A stretch of DNA of 64,000 bases from positions 53,451 through 117,450 of the IMG/VR virus record IMGVR_UViG_3300012971_000001; one strand, 5' to 3'. Each line of letters starts with the position of its first letter. Within the stretch, counting starts at the first letter, position 1. Shown here in pieces: positions 10,929 through 23,100 of this stretch. Both the position numbers and the translations under genes were made by a program. The notes beneath the pieces are model-generated. The model did not search any database. It was not told the DNA's origin and saw nothing but the letters and a program-made list of their open reading frames with translations. This DNA comes from a virus.

Positions 10929-11323
10929 CTAATAGTGCATTACCGGCGGTGGCAGCTGCGGCCAGTTGGATGGAATCGTTTCATATGCCAATGCGTGAGA
11001 TTTATAAGCGATTTACTAAGTCGGAACTGGCGATCATGGGCTGGCGTAGCGCCGAGCTAGCTTACAACATGCATGTATCCCACGGGAGAGGGGCCAACGA
11101 TGGTGCCAGACGGCCCCTGATCGACGAAGATATGGATCTACGGGGCCGGTCCGAGCCGGATGTGGAGCATCAGTTACGGGTTATGGGCGAGGCGCTTGCC
11201 CCCATTGCCAAGAAGATGGTCAACGAGCGTGGAGAGATAGATCTGCGTCGCCTTACCGGGCCTGAGGCACTGCGTTACTTTGCAGTTTTGGGGATCCCCA
11301 TTGGAGGTCGCGTACTAAGATGA
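10880..11323 (+). CDS. Tail assembly chaperone extension (gpT-like, -1 frame; or GTG start at 10925)
   Basis: Open -1 frame 10802..11323 entered at T TTT TTC (10880-10886). Confidence 0.65.
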   Translation, partial: FFLSSCPHSPRIPDSVTNSALPAVAAAASWMESFHMPMREIYKRFTKSELAIMGWRSAELAYNMHVSHGRGANDGARRPLIDEDMDLRGRSEPDVEHQLRVMGEALAPIAKKMVNERGEIDLRRLTGPEALRYFAVLGIPIGGRVLR

Positions 11324-14300
11324 GCCCCAGCGGAGCGTCAGCAACAGAGCAACTGCTTCTGAAATTCGGTCTTGACTTATCGCCGCTGAAAGAAGCGTCG
11401 GCAGCAGTCAAAGCCACTATTCAGGAATTGAACAAGTTCGCAGCCGATATAGCATCAGGGCCGAGCGATGAAGATTTGTCACGAGTCAAGGAGATGACTG
11501 ATGCGTTGCTTCAGATGCAGAAGCTGAAGCAGGAACAAGCTAATGCAGAAGCAGCTGTGAATGCAAAGGCCATGCAGGAGAAGCTGGCGGCCCAGCAGAT
11601 AGCAACAGAAGCAGCAAGAACAGAAACAGAAGAGGCACGCAAAGAAACAGCCGAGATAGAAAAACAGTTAGCCCTGCTGAGAGAAAAGAACGCCGAGAAG
11701 AATAAAGAAAAGCATCATGAAGAGGGCGGCCTGGGAGAGATGCTTCAAAAGTTTGCCACTGGTGGTGTCGGCATTATGGGAGGCGGGCTGGCGCAGGCAG
11801 GGCTGCTTGGGTTGCTGGGCGGTGGTACATTTGCCCTGGCTGAGAAGGCAGTTGATCATCTCCTTGAAAGCATTGAGCATTTAAAAGAAGCACTAGAAGA
11901 GGCTTTTGTCACAGCTGAGAAAATGGCAAAGCCTTTGGCCGCTCTTGAAAATATAGCTCAGAAGTCGGGCACGAGTGCCGAGAAGGTGATGGAAGAACTG
12001 GATGCAGCGACGGGTCATGTGGTGAATAACATGACGCTGCTTCAGTACGGCATGACGGCCATGAATAACCTGACTGACATCTCCACTGAAAAGATGGCCG
12101 AGTGGGCTAAGAGTGCTAGCGATGCTGCTACTGCCATGGGGCATACGCGCGAAGAAGGTATAAACGCCTTGTCACGCGCTATACAGACCGGGCAAACGCG
12201 TATGCTGGCGCACATAACGGGTATTCGGGCGCTGAAAGATCACTACAAGCAGGCTGCACCGGCGTTTAGTGAGGCTGCTGATCGCCTTCGCAAGATAGAT
12301 GATGTAATGGGTCAGATAAATACGAAATTGGAGGGCATGGAAAAGGTCAGCACTATCAAAGGTGCGTGGGCAGAGTTGAGCAAGCAACAGGAAGAATTCT
12401 TTGTCGGCTTCTTTATAGGTGCACAGAAGTCGGTTCTTTACAAAGATCTCGTTGCAATTATCAAAGATCTGGCTACAGCCCTTGAGCTGGTGAATCCATT
12501 GATGGAGAAGCTAGGCTCATTAATAGGCGATATTGCCGGATGGGTGGTGAGGCTACAGCCACTTTACTGGGCTTTCAGAGGAATATTGGTCGAGATCAAA
12601 GGTGCCGCTAAGGCTGTTTCTGATTTATACAATGAGATCAGAAAGTTGATGGGCCTGGAAGACGAGCGCGAAAAGAAGAAGCAAAAGCCAGAAGAAGAAG
12701 AGAGCGCGCAGCACATGCAGTATGCAGCCAAGATGGCAACGATGGATGACGCCATCCTTCAGGCTCAGAAAAAGGCTGCATCCGAACATACAATTGCATT
12801 ACTAACAGAAACCAAGAAGCGCGTTGAAGAGCAGCTAAAGCTAGAACGCGAGGCCATGTCGCGCGGTGAGGGCCTTGCCAAAGATCATCAGGACAGAATA
12901 GCAGCGTTAGAAAAAGATCGCTTGAAGAGCACCAAAGATCTTATCAGGGCCCGATATGTCTCTGAGCAGGACGCTCTGCACGACAAGCAAATGCTTCTGT
13001 TCCAGACTACCGGCAGGACGGGGACGACGCCGGAGCTGATTAAAGAGCAGGAAAAAGTCAATGCCGAGATAGCCGCAAGCAGCCAGAAATTCAAAGATGA
13101 TATGTTGGCGGCAAACGCAGATGCCAGCCGCGAAGATAAAGAGCGTACTCTGAAGGATGCCCAAGAGCTGATAAAGCTTCACGAGGAGCAGAACAAGCGC
13201 ATCTCCGAATTAGATAAGGCCGCGCTGGAAGATCGTAGGTCAGCTAATGAAGCCGCATATCATCGAGACCGCAAGGGCCTGGAAGACTACTTCGCGGATC
13301 GTAGGAGTATGGAACAGGCAGAGCACGAGGCTACGGAGCAGGACTTAATAGCGCAGAGGCAATTACACGCTGACGAGCCGGAGAAAGTAGCGGAAATAGA
13401 CAAGCAGATTCAGCTAGCGCATAATACCGCCAGGCAAAAAGCAAGGGAAACAGACGATGCTGAAGAAGATGCCAAGCTCAAGCGTTTAGATGAGCATCTG
13501 AAGCAGGAGTTAGAAATAACTCAATCAGCCCTCAAGGAACAGAAGACAGCTAACGAGGAGTATCTAAAAAGTGGCCTTGCTAACTGGGATGACTATTATC
13601 AGGAGAAGCTGAGGTTAATCGATGCGAACAGGAAGGCTGAGTTAGATCACATTGATGCCCTAAAAATAGCTCATGCCGGAGAAGTTCATTACATCGAACA
13701 GCTGAATTATCAGCGGGGCCAGATCGAGCGTAAATACGCAGCTGAACGCCTAGCTGCAGAGGAAGCTGAAGGCAAGGAGCACTTAGCGTTCATCAACGAG
13801 CGCTACGGCATGCGCCAGCAGATAGCGCAGGCGAAGCTGGCACAGTTTCAGGCTCAGCCGGGCATGCAAGGCGCTGGGGCCGGAATTATAGAAAATGAGA
13901 TAGAAGTACTCAAGCAAAAGCTGGCAGCCTTACCAGATGTTTTAGCCAAGAGCCCGCAGCTGTTGAACGAGGTTAGACTGGCAACGATCCAGCTTAACAC
14001 CGAGCTGAAGAAGCTCGAGCTGCAGCTTATACAGATGAAAAGCGTTGCATACGCTGCAAGCACTGCCTTTCAAGGCATTGGCAATCAGATCGGAAAGATA
14101 TTTACCTCACCGTTTGCACAGAATCTCGCGAAGATACTCAATATCGGAGCCGGAGCAATGCGCTCATCCGTTGAGCGCCGGGATATCATGGCAACGCCTT
14201 GGAAGAGAGACGAGACAGGCGCATTTGTAAAAGGCTCCGAAAATATGACTTTGTTCGTCAACAAGCTGGGCGCTGCAGTCGGAGCCGTGGGCGATTTTGT

Positions 14301-15492
14301 TACAGCAATTACGCAGGCACAAAGCGCCATAGCCGGTGGTCTTGGCGGCGCCATGTCCGGTGGCGGCCTGGGCGGCATGATTGGCCAGACTATGGGCAGT
14401 TTGTTCAAGAGCATTGGCAAGATGGGCGGCCCAATCGGCGAGGCAGTTGGGATGGTGGTTGGCGGTGTGATGGGCGCCATTACCGGATCAAAGAACGCGG
14501 CGATAAAGAGGAACATAGACCAGCTCAAGAACCAGATGCAAGCCATTCAGCTAGCCCTGAAAGAAAACGCCAACAACATCGCACAGACCATCACGCAAAT
14601 ACAGGGGCTGATCAATCAGGCAAGGATGGAGCAGGCGCAGTCAAAGAAGGGTGGCGAGCAGTATCAGAAAGTCATCGACGACTACTCACAGCAGCTGCAA
14701 GACCTGCAGGTGCAGCAGCAGGGAGTCATCCGGGATATGAACCAACAGCTGGCAATCCTGCAGGCGCCGCTGGGCGGGCAAGACTTTTTGAAGTCGCTGC
14801 AGGACATCTATACCAGCTACAACAAATTCGTGGGCGCTGCACAGAATGCCAACGACTTAGCATCAGCAAATCAGTGGCTGGATCTGAGCTTGAAAAATCT
14901 CGCCAGGACTACGGAAGAATACAACGAGCAGCAGCTGTCGGAATTCAATCAAGATCAACAGAATGCCGTCAACGATGCCATCAAGTTAAACGACTTACTG
15001 CTCGAGCGGCAGCAGCTCATGAACCAGATGGCAGATCAAATCCGGGGCGTGCTCAGCCAGGGTTCGCTACAGCGTCAGGCAACGAGAGCACAGACGGCAG
15101 GCGAGCAGATAGCTCAGATCAAGCTGGACACGGACAAGCAGCTGCAGCAGCTGAACGCCGAGATAGCAACGACTCAGTACAAGGTGGCCAGTGAGCAGCA
15201 GATCTTTAACTTAGCTACGACACGCATCGGTCTGGAAATGCAGCTGGTCGGCCTACAGAATGACCAGACAGACCGTGACATGGTCCGCATCGAGCAATTG
15301 CAGCAACTGGTAGCCGGGCTGAAAGACGTAGCCGGGTTCGCTCCTGGCGTACTTGCCAACGTACAAAAGGGATATAGCAGCGCAGCTGGCACACCAATGA
15401 GCATGCAGGACATCCTGGATGAGTACTTTGCAGCCGCCTACGCCTCCCGCTCAGCGTACGGATATGGCGCCTTCCGGGGCCAGAATCTATGA
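11320..15492 (+). CDS. Tape measure protein
   Basis: 1390 aa, helical and A/E/K/Q-rich with Gly-rich hydrophobic stretches; canonical position. Confidence 0.9.
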   Translation: MSPSGASATEQLLLKFGLDLSPLKEASAAVKATIQELNKFAADIASGPSDEDLSRVKEMTDALLQMQKLKQEQANAEAAVNAKAMQEKLAAQQIATEAARTETEEARKETAEIEKQLALLREKNAEKNKEKHHEEGGLGEMLQKFATGGVGIMGGGLAQAGLLGLLGGGTFALAEKAVDHLLESIEHLKEALEEAFVTAEKMAKPLAALENIAQKSGTSAEKVMEELDAATGHVVNNMTLLQYGMTAMNNLTDISTEKMAEWAKSASDAATAMGHTREEGINALSRAIQTGQTRMLAHITGIRALKDHYKQAAPAFSEAADRLRKIDDVMGQINTKLEGMEKVSTIKGAWAELSKQQEEFFVGFFIGAQKSVLYKDLVAIIKDLATALELVNPLMEKLGSLIGDIAGWVVRLQPLYWAFRGILVEIKGAAKAVSDLYNEIRKLMGLEDEREKKKQKPEEEESAQHMQYAAKMATMDDAILQAQKKAASEHTIALLTETKKRVEEQLKLEREAMSRGEGLAKDHQDRIAALEKDRLKSTKDLIRARYVSEQDALHDKQMLLFQTTGRTGTTPELIKEQEKVNAEIAASSQKFKDDMLAANADASREDKERTLKDAQELIKLHEEQNKRISELDKAALEDRRSANEAAYHRDRKGLEDYFADRRSMEQAEHEATEQDLIAQRQLHADEPEKVAEIDKQIQLAHNTARQKARETDDAEEDAKLKRLDEHLKQELEITQSALKEQKTANEEYLKSGLANWDDYYQEKLRLIDANRKAELDHIDALKIAHAGEVHYIEQLNYQRGQIERKYAAERLAAEEAEGKEHLAFINERYGMRQQIAQAKLAQFQAQPGMQGAGAGIIENEIEVLKQKLAALPDVLAKSPQLLNEVRLATIQLNTELKKLELQLIQMKSVAYAASTAFQGIGNQIGKIFTSPFAQNLAKILNIGAGAMRSSVERRDIMATPWKRDETGAFVKGSENMTLFVNKLGAAVGAVGDFVTAITQAQSAIAGGLGGAMSGGGLGGMIGQTMGSLFKSIGKMGGPIGEAVGMVVGGVMGAITGSKNAAIKRNIDQLKNQMQAIQLALKENANNIAQTITQIQGLINQARMEQAQSKKGGEQYQKVIDDYSQQLQDLQVQQQGVIRDMNQQLAILQAPLGGQDFLKSLQDIYTSYNKFVGAAQNANDLASANQWLDLSLKNLARTTEEYNEQQLSEFNQDQQNAVNDAIKLNDLLLERQQLMNQMADQIRGVLSQGSLQRQATRAQTAGEQIAQIKLDTDKQLQQLNAEIATTQYKVASEQQIFNLATTRIGLEMQLVGLQNDQTDRDMVRIEQLQQLVAGLKDVAGFAPGVLANVQKGYSSAAGTPMSMQDILDEYFAAAYASRSAYGYGAFRGQNL

Positions 15493-15570
15493 TAGGTGGT
15501 CCTAAGTATCGGGTACAGGGCCAGCGACGCTGCCTGACGGGCCCTACAGCGACGGAAACAGGGGTTTGCC

Positions 15571-18500
15571 ATGGCCTTTAAACTCATGATCAGCTGGAGT
15601 GGCGCCGAACGCGACTACACCCGGTATCTCATTCATCAGTCGCTGTCGATCAGTGAATCGCTCAACGTTCCTACCACCTGCACGTTTTCGCTTTCGCCGA
15701 TAGACTCGATGTTCGTGATCCCGCCCGAACACGCCTACATCGACCTGTACGGCACGCTGAAGAATAAAAGCCTGTTCACCGGCTTTATCACCGTACAGCC
15801 GAAAATGGTCTACATGGCCCTTTCGCCGACGCCGATCATGGGCGGCCAGTTATTCGAGTACCAAATCAACTGCTCGAGCGATGAGCACTTACTAAATATC
15901 AAATCGGTGCCGTTCATACCGGCATATCTGAATCAGTATCAGGGAGATATTCTAGCGTCGATAGCAGAAGTGCTGTGCCCCGGCTTCTTTGATACAACGA
16001 TGCTGCAGAAAGGCGATATAGTCCCGTACTTCGAGTACAAGCCAACGCAGTCGTGGTCCGAGTTAGCCAAAGAGTGGGGAGATGCAACGCGCTTCCGTAA
16101 CCGGGGCAGAAATAAAAAGCTGGTATACGCACCGTACGATGACGCACCGCTCGGCATAGGCTACGACGAAAGAAAAGCTCAGCGGACCTTCGATCCAAAG
16201 GGCCTGAATACGGATGTAATGACAGTGCCGCTGGTGAACGATGTTACGATCATCGGCAGAGCAGAGGCCGGAAACAATCGCGAGGACTATTTTATCGGCG
16301 ACGGCTTTACTGGCACCTTTCCGCTGCACCACAAGACGTTCGAAGGCGCATCGGCATTGCTGTTGAACGAGCCGTGGACTAACACCGATCTGAACAAGCA
16401 GAACTGGTATCTGCTAGACCCGTACATGGAATTCGATTTTACCGCAGGTGCATTGAATATCGTCACGCCTGCGCCACCGCACAAGCTGGGCGACTCCTAT
16501 CTCCAGATGAACAACGGCTTGGAAGTAGCGGGCAGCATAGACTTAGAGCACGGCGAGATTACGTTCAACGGGCACTGCGAGGGAATAATCGGCGGCCTGT
16601 ACGGCAGCTTTGATGAGAACACGCAGGATAAATTAATAGCCGGGTTTGTCATCTCTACGACCGACAAGCTAACGCCGCCAGCAATTATTCCGTTGCCGGG
16701 CGGCGGAGGCATGCAGGGCATAGGCTATGGCGGAATACAGATAGCAGCATTTGCCGTGCAGCAACCGACAGCCAAAGATGCGGAACAAATCGGCGACGTG
16801 ATCATTACGAAGCCGAACCATAACTACGTGCTGCAGACGCTGATTACAGCTCCGATGTATACCCGGTACAATCAGGTGTACCGCACGCAGGATGGCACAG
16901 AGTTCGGTGGGACTGTAGATAGCGTGCCGTGCTCGATCACGTTTGCCGTGCAGGATTGGGATATCCTGGCAGTGAAGGTCGGCACAGATTTCTTTTACGA
17001 GCCGACGATCACGAAGATAGCATCGCTAGATATCGAGTTACCGGCTTTCCTTGCCTACGCACTGATCAATAATCAGCAGCTGAATCTAACGCTTGGCAAT
17101 ACGGTGGTCGCAGCGATGCCGCAAGGCTCTCTGTTCGCACTATGTGGGCCGTCTGGATTAGCAAGACCAACCGGGTGGCTGCCGATGCTGCCGTGGACGT
17201 CGGGCTGGGTCAAGAAAGGCGACATGTGGGCAACGGGTTTCATCGGCCCGGTGCTGCCGTGGCCTAGCCCGGCATCGGGTAACATCGTACCCGGGCCGTT
17301 GATGCTGTCAGACACAGCAGTGCAGGAAGTGCTGGGCAACGGCCTGGAATTACAGGTAGCTCAAATTACGCCTGGCAATGAGTCGGATACGCTCGGATTC
17401 TACAACCAGAATCCGCTTACCATCCCGGCAGCAGGAACGCCGTTGCGGTTTCAGTCCTGGGAATCGCAGGCAGCAATAGCCAGAATACAGAACAAAGATT
17501 CGATTGACAGTGAAGCAGATATCGTGGGAGATGACGGCATACGATCAGCAGTAGTAAGTGACCTGACTCCACTGCCACGCACAAGCGAAGACTGCGACAA
17601 CGCGGCATTGGCCTATCTGCACGACCGCGGCATGGTGCTCTACAAGGGCACTTACACATGCACGAGCTTTTTCTTCACCGGAGACGACAAGGACTGGCAA
17701 TATTTCCCTACGTGCGGCAGGGAGTTATTCATCCACGCCCCGAAAAGAAAAATCGACCAACAGAATTATCTGGTCACCACGCTGAAGATCAGCATTCTCG
17801 ACTTACAGACGGAATTGCTCTCGTATGAGATCGGATTCGGCGCCGACTTATACCTGGAAAAGATGCTTAAGAATTTCATAATGCCAGATCCGGCCACGGT
17901 GCTCACGTTCAAAGACAAAGCAGATCCGCCAGATCCACGCTACACTACGCAGGTTGGAAATTCGTATCTGCCGGATCTCAACAATGTGCAGATCTCACTG
18001 TTCCAGATCGTAGATGATCGGTGCCGCGTGGAAGTATTCGATACATGGCTTACAGATCCAGACAACCCGTGGGACGGTGCAATAGAAATCAGGCGCCAGG
18101 ATCATAATTGGGGCAACAAAGATCTGCCGGATTACGTCGATCTGGTCAGCCCGCCTATTACCGAGTCGGATGGCATTTACTCGCTGGAATTCGACTTACT
18201 TCGCAGGCAGTACGACCAGACGTGGTATCTGCGGCCAGTGAAAGATGGCATCTATTCGCGTAGATCAAAAGTGCTTCGCCTGATGTGGCCCATGAAGCCA
18301 GATCAGCCCCTATACATCGGCGCCACGGCCATACGGGAGCAGCCGAGCCAAGAAATGGGGATGATAGATTCGTACAACGTGCAGTATGGCTTTAACGGCG
18401 ATGTGCGGAATATCTGGGGAGTAGAAATAAGAGGTGCGGATAATAGAACGATCCTGGTGCAGAAGCAGTGCACGGCAGCAGCATCTGACTTACTGATAGA

Positions 18501-20139
18501 CTTAGCACAGACGCCGATGCCGTTCATGCCCGCGCCATACAATACCGACTTTGAAATTTACGCTTACTTTTTCAACCAAGCATGGATTTACTCCGATGGC
18601 CTACCGATAGATGTAAGGCGGATGGCAACGCTGGACATGCCGCTTATCTGGTCGCCCGGATACGCCAACATCGGGCCGGGCGATACGTTTGATATGTGGG
18701 GCAACTTCGGAATAAAGCCCTTCTATAAGATGACCGAAGACGGGACACCGATCGTGTCGTTCACCATGATCGGCAACCCGGCGCCAAACCAAGTCAGCAA
18801 GATCGTGGGCGAGCCCGTCCTGCTTATCGCTACAGCAACAGACGCCGGAGCTTCTATTCCACCCGGCAAATACGCGGTAGCCGTATGTGCCTGGGATGGC
18901 GTGGTGCCGAGCGATCCTTCCGTTCATCCCAGCTTCAAAGAGTCGCCGATGTCGAATGTGATATACGTTGACGTAGCGCAAGGGCAGGCCATAGATATTA
19001 CGATAGACCCACCTGACTTAGCAACAGCACAGGAAGTATTTATCAGCGCCACGAATAATAATCAGATCTGGTTTTGGGTCGCCAAGATCGGCGCTACAGA
19101 TACGTCGTATAGAATCACGTCAGTGCCGCATTGGAACGTGGGCGCACCCGATGATGAATTCGATCATTTCCGGGTGCAGAATAAAATCGAATGGCATGCA
19201 GGCATCCTGGGCGCGCAGGTGCATGGAGTTATCTGGAATAAGTTGCAGATCGGCATGACGAATGTGAATGGCGAAGACTACCATTTTATCCCGGGCTCGC
19301 TGGTGGGCCGCTCAATTAGCATGTTAGCCAAGTACGATCCTGATGTGGAAATACCAATCGTCAATTACAAGATCATAGATAACGATGAAGAGTGGATTCA
19401 AGTCGGCCCAAATACGTACAACCAGATACCGCCTGACCTGACTACTATCTTTGCAGAGAATGATGTAATCACGATTCGGTGCAGGCCAGAGCAGATCACA
19501 TCTAACAGCTACGTGGACCCGCTGTGGATCAACCCGTTCAGTGCCAACAAGGATGCTAACGGCAACTATGTGCTGGATGACAACGGGAATAAAATCTACG
19601 GCCTGAGACCGCACGAAGAAACCGGCCGCCTGTGCTGGATCATAGATGGCCCTGGAAGAGGGCAGGTGCGCGCCATAGCTGATAATACGGATACAAAAAT
19701 CACGCTGTCGAGCGACTGGGATCCGGCTAACATGCCGACAGCAGATAGCGTGATAGTCGTGGTAGACGCACAGTGGAGGCCCACTTATGATACGCAGCAG
19801 TACGAAGTAGCTGACAGATTTTCCTACGGCCCAATCGTAGATCAGAACTTCGGCACGTTCGGGCCTGTGGCACAGCCTGATGTGCAGAACCTCGGCGGCA
19901 TCACCTGGATACTGCGGCTGCTGACGATCAGTGCAGACGGTAGGTACAACGATACGGATGATAGAATTCCCATGAGAGAAGCTTATGCCTTCCCGGCCTT
20001 CGGGACATCGCAGAATGACATGGGCACGATCAGCTGGGATACTGGCGGTGCAGACTTAACGCCGCAGGGACGCAGAGTGTTCCGGCGCGGAACGCGGATG
20101 AGAGTGATCAATGGAGTGTTTGTGAAGTCAACGATGTGA
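15571..20139 (+). CDS. Tail tip/hub (central fibre-like) protein
   Basis: 1522 aa, beta-rich and acidic, directly after the tape measure. Confidence 0.7.
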   Translation: MAFKLMISWSGAERDYTRYLIHQSLSISESLNVPTTCTFSLSPIDSMFVIPPEHAYIDLYGTLKNKSLFTGFITVQPKMVYMALSPTPIMGGQLFEYQINCSSDEHLLNIKSVPFIPAYLNQYQGDILASIAEVLCPGFFDTTMLQKGDIVPYFEYKPTQSWSELAKEWGDATRFRNRGRNKKLVYAPYDDAPLGIGYDERKAQRTFDPKGLNTDVMTVPLVNDVTIIGRAEAGNNREDYFIGDGFTGTFPLHHKTFEGASALLLNEPWTNTDLNKQNWYLLDPYMEFDFTAGALNIVTPAPPHKLGDSYLQMNNGLEVAGSIDLEHGEITFNGHCEGIIGGLYGSFDENTQDKLIAGFVISTTDKLTPPAIIPLPGGGGMQGIGYGGIQIAAFAVQQPTAKDAEQIGDVIITKPNHNYVLQTLITAPMYTRYNQVYRTQDGTEFGGTVDSVPCSITFAVQDWDILAVKVGTDFFYEPTITKIASLDIELPAFLAYALINNQQLNLTLGNTVVAAMPQGSLFALCGPSGLARPTGWLPMLPWTSGWVKKGDMWATGFIGPVLPWPSPASGNIVPGPLMLSDTAVQEVLGNGLELQVAQITPGNESDTLGFYNQNPLTIPAAGTPLRFQSWESQAAIARIQNKDSIDSEADIVGDDGIRSAVVSDLTPLPRTSEDCDNAALAYLHDRGMVLYKGTYTCTSFFFTGDDKDWQYFPTCGRELFIHAPKRKIDQQNYLVTTLKISILDLQTELLSYEIGFGADLYLEKMLKNFIMPDPATVLTFKDKADPPDPRYTTQVGNSYLPDLNNVQISLFQIVDDRCRVEVFDTWLTDPDNPWDGAIEIRRQDHNWGNKDLPDYVDLVSPPITESDGIYSLEFDLLRRQYDQTWYLRPVKDGIYSRRSKVLRLMWPMKPDQPLYIGATAIREQPSQEMGMIDSYNVQYGFNGDVRNIWGVEIRGADNRTILVQKQCTAAASDLLIDLAQTPMPFMPAPYNTDFEIYAYFFNQAWIYSDGLPIDVRRMATLDMPLIWSPGYANIGPGDTFDMWGNFGIKPFYKMTEDGTPIVSFTMIGNPAPNQVSKIVGEPVLLIATATDAGASIPPGKYAVAVCAWDGVVPSDPSVHPSFKESPMSNVIYVDVAQGQAIDITIDPPDLATAQEVFISATNNNQIWFWVAKIGATDTSYRITSVPHWNVGAPDDEFDHFRVQNKIEWHAGILGAQVHGVIWNKLQIGMTNVNGEDYHFIPGSLVGRSISMLAKYDPDVEIPIVNYKIIDNDEEWIQVGPNTYNQIPPDLTTIFAENDVITIRCRPEQITSNSYVDPLWINPFSANKDANGNYVLDDNGNKIYGLRPHEETGRLCWIIDGPGRGQVRAIADNTDTKITLSSDWDPANMPTADSVIVVVDAQWRPTYDTQQYEVADRFSYGPIVDQNFGTFGPVAQPDVQNLGGITWILRLLTISADGRYNDTDDRIPMREAYAFPAFGTSQNDMGTISWDTGGADLTPQGRRVFRRGTRMRVINGVFVKSTM

Positions 20140-20146
20140 GGAAAAG

Positions 20147-23100
20147 ATGCCGACTTATCCAAATGCAATACCTCGAAACACATGGGACAAGCATGGTGAG
20201 CGTGTCTCGATTCTCGATTATCTCGCTGACAAGGGCAACCCTACGGCAGCGTTCAACGCGGCAATCCAGCATGCATCAAAAGTGCGCGGCGGGTGCTCGA
20301 TTCAAATCCCGGTGGGCGAGTATGTGATCACGCAGCCGATCGTGGTGGATGTACCGAATATCGTGTTCCACGGCGAGGGTGAGAATTCGGTGGTGCAGAG
20401 GGATCTACACTTCCAGGGCGGCGATGCCATGTTTGTTATTAAGGCATCGAATATCACGTTCCGCGATTTTCTGGTTGACGGCAACATCACGAATCCGGAT
20501 CATGTGGTAATTCAGGGTGGCAACTTTATCATCGATGGCTCATCTTATCCTTTAGACCCGATGATAGATCCGTTTACTTACAACAGCTCGTTTTGGGTCA
20601 AGTCAGATGCAGGGCCGGTGGATCAGGTTCGTTTCGAGCGGATTACGATTCAGCATACAGCGGGCTATGCCATCATCTTCGATGCCCGGCACGAGTACCT
20701 TACGCACATGCGGGTCACGGATTGTCGATTCCTGAACAACCGGCCCCATCTATTCGGTGTGACCGCCAGCGACGTTGCCTACGGGGCGTGGACGGGCGGA
20801 ATACTCATGGAGGGCGACGGTTCGTCCAATGCCTGCCATGACGTGCTGGTGCATGGCTGCTCGTTCATGCGCATAGACGGCAACTGCGTGTGGTCGCACC
20901 TGTACGGCTTCAACCGCCTGCACAGCAACATCCGGATCAAGAACAACGATTTCCTCGACATAGGGCGAGACGGTGTGCTGATGGGCGGCATAGACGGCGG
21001 CGTGGTTGAAGGCAACACCATGCGGCGGATCGGCTACATCACGATAGATGATGATAATATGTCTGCCCCGAAATGGTTGAGAGATCAGTGGGCCGTCGGC
21101 ATAGATACCAGCGGGCTTACGGTCGGCGTGAACTATGTCAACAATGTGCTGACATCGTGTAACGGCGGGTATATCGACTGCGACGGATATTCAAGCGGTA
21201 CGATCGTCGGAAATAAGTGCCGGACGCCAGCACCAACCGATCCGGATTACGCAGCAGATCAAATCGGCGCGCCGGGATGGGGCGGCAGAGCAGCTGACGG
21301 GCAGTCGGACTGGGCTTACGGCATAAACTTCGGCAACACGAGCCATGCCGCGACCGGAGACAGAGGCGCACGCGGAGCCACGATCGTCGGCAATAATTTT
21401 CAGAATATGGGGCGAAATGCCATCGCCCTGTACGCTGCAAGAGACAGTTACGTATCCGACAATGATATCTATGTGCAGCCAGCGCCTTCGGCCAGCCCGA
21501 TCGTGGTCGGCAATATCCTGTATCCTGATCCACCGGCAGACGATACGCGCGGCTTCAATAATGTAATCATCAATAACCGCATTTACTGGAGCCCGACCAT
21601 CTACGCCCCAGCGGTGCTCGAAGATGCGAACCTGAGCGGCTACGGCCAGAATTACGCTTCGGGCGAGGGGAATCAAATCCGTGCCAACGACCTGATCGGG
21701 ACGACTTACAAGACGTACGAATTCATGAAGGACCCGTCGTCGACGAGCAGCACGGCACACCATTACGCCAGCAACTTCGCATCAGCAACAGGAGACGCAC
21801 GGCTGCAGCAGACCTCGACCCATTCCATCCGGCGGGAGGGCAGAGGAGATGATGGCACGAGCGTACTGCGCGTCTACAACGTAGATACGGGCACTGCCCA
21901 GCTGCACATGCAGCTGCAGGCTTACGCCCGGGTCGATATGACAGATCCGAGTCATCCTGTGCCTGTGAGGATGCCGTTGTTAAATGTCTCGCTGGGCGCG
22001 ACAGCAGGGACCGGAAATATTTCCACGGGTAATAGAACGCAGGCCGGATTCGATGACTGCGTGCTGACGGGCAAAGTGTACGGCGATGCTTTGTTGTGCC
22101 TTGGATCAGCTACTTATCACGATGCAGATGCTGATTTACTCACAGCAGACGTGGGATTAATCCGGTACAAGACGGGGACGCCGAATAAGTTTCAGATGTC
22201 GGTGTCGGTAGATGGCAGTGGAAAACGCGTGTGGCAAGACTTCGGCGGCGGAGGAGGCGGAGGCAGCGTCGGCGGCACCGATAAATCCATCGTGTACAAC
22301 ATGAATGGTAATTCATGGGGCGATCAGAATTTACAGTGGGATTACGATCAGCAGGTAATGACGGTATACGGCAAGTCAGGGCAGCCCGGTATTCAGGCAA
22401 TTAACTCCTATATCCGCGCCGACCAGGGCTTTATCGTCACGCAGCCAGCGTGGAATGCCTTCAATGGTGCATCTTCCGGTGCCGGAGCTTTTTTGGGTGC
22501 CGTGAGTGTGGCGCCGTATACTCCGCCAGCTACAACGCCGCCAGCACCGCCAGCGCCAGCACCGAATGGAGGTTATATCGACTTAGCACAGCTCGGATAT
22601 GCGAGTTACCCGCGGCCACTGGCCGGTGCTACGTTCGATAATACGCAAGTACTCATGTGGAACGCTGGCCAGAATGACACGCCTACAGATGCCATAAATC
22701 ACACTACCGGCCTGATGCTGAATACGTTCGTCAATGCAGCAGCAGGATTTGCCACGATGGCGACTACCTGGAACGCGATCCAGGCTCCAGCAGGCGGCGT
22801 GTATGGCGAGTCGCTCGGCGCGAGCAAGTATACGCATATCGGAGTGCATGCGACAGATTTGGTACAGGGCGACCTGACGACGAGCGATTCGCTGACGCCA
22901 GGGACTATGTTCTGGAATTCGACGTTGAATCAGCTTAGAGTATATGATGGTAATAGCTGGTCTACTGTTGGAACAGGCACGACGGGTGGAGGCGTACCGG
23001 GTGGCATAGATAAAAGCATTCAGTACAAGGTCGGAAGTAATTTCGGCGGTGATGCGAACTTACTCTGGGATTCGACGCTTAGAGTGCAGACGATTTTGGG

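Noticed and set aside
14199-15194. 331-aa alternate-frame ORF inside the tape measure gene
   Set aside because: R/A/G-rich composition typical of an off-frame read; no SD
15493-15570. CTGACG..GAAAC hammerhead-like text after the tape measure
   Set aside because: Core is CUGACGG rather than CUGAnGA, and the stems do not fit
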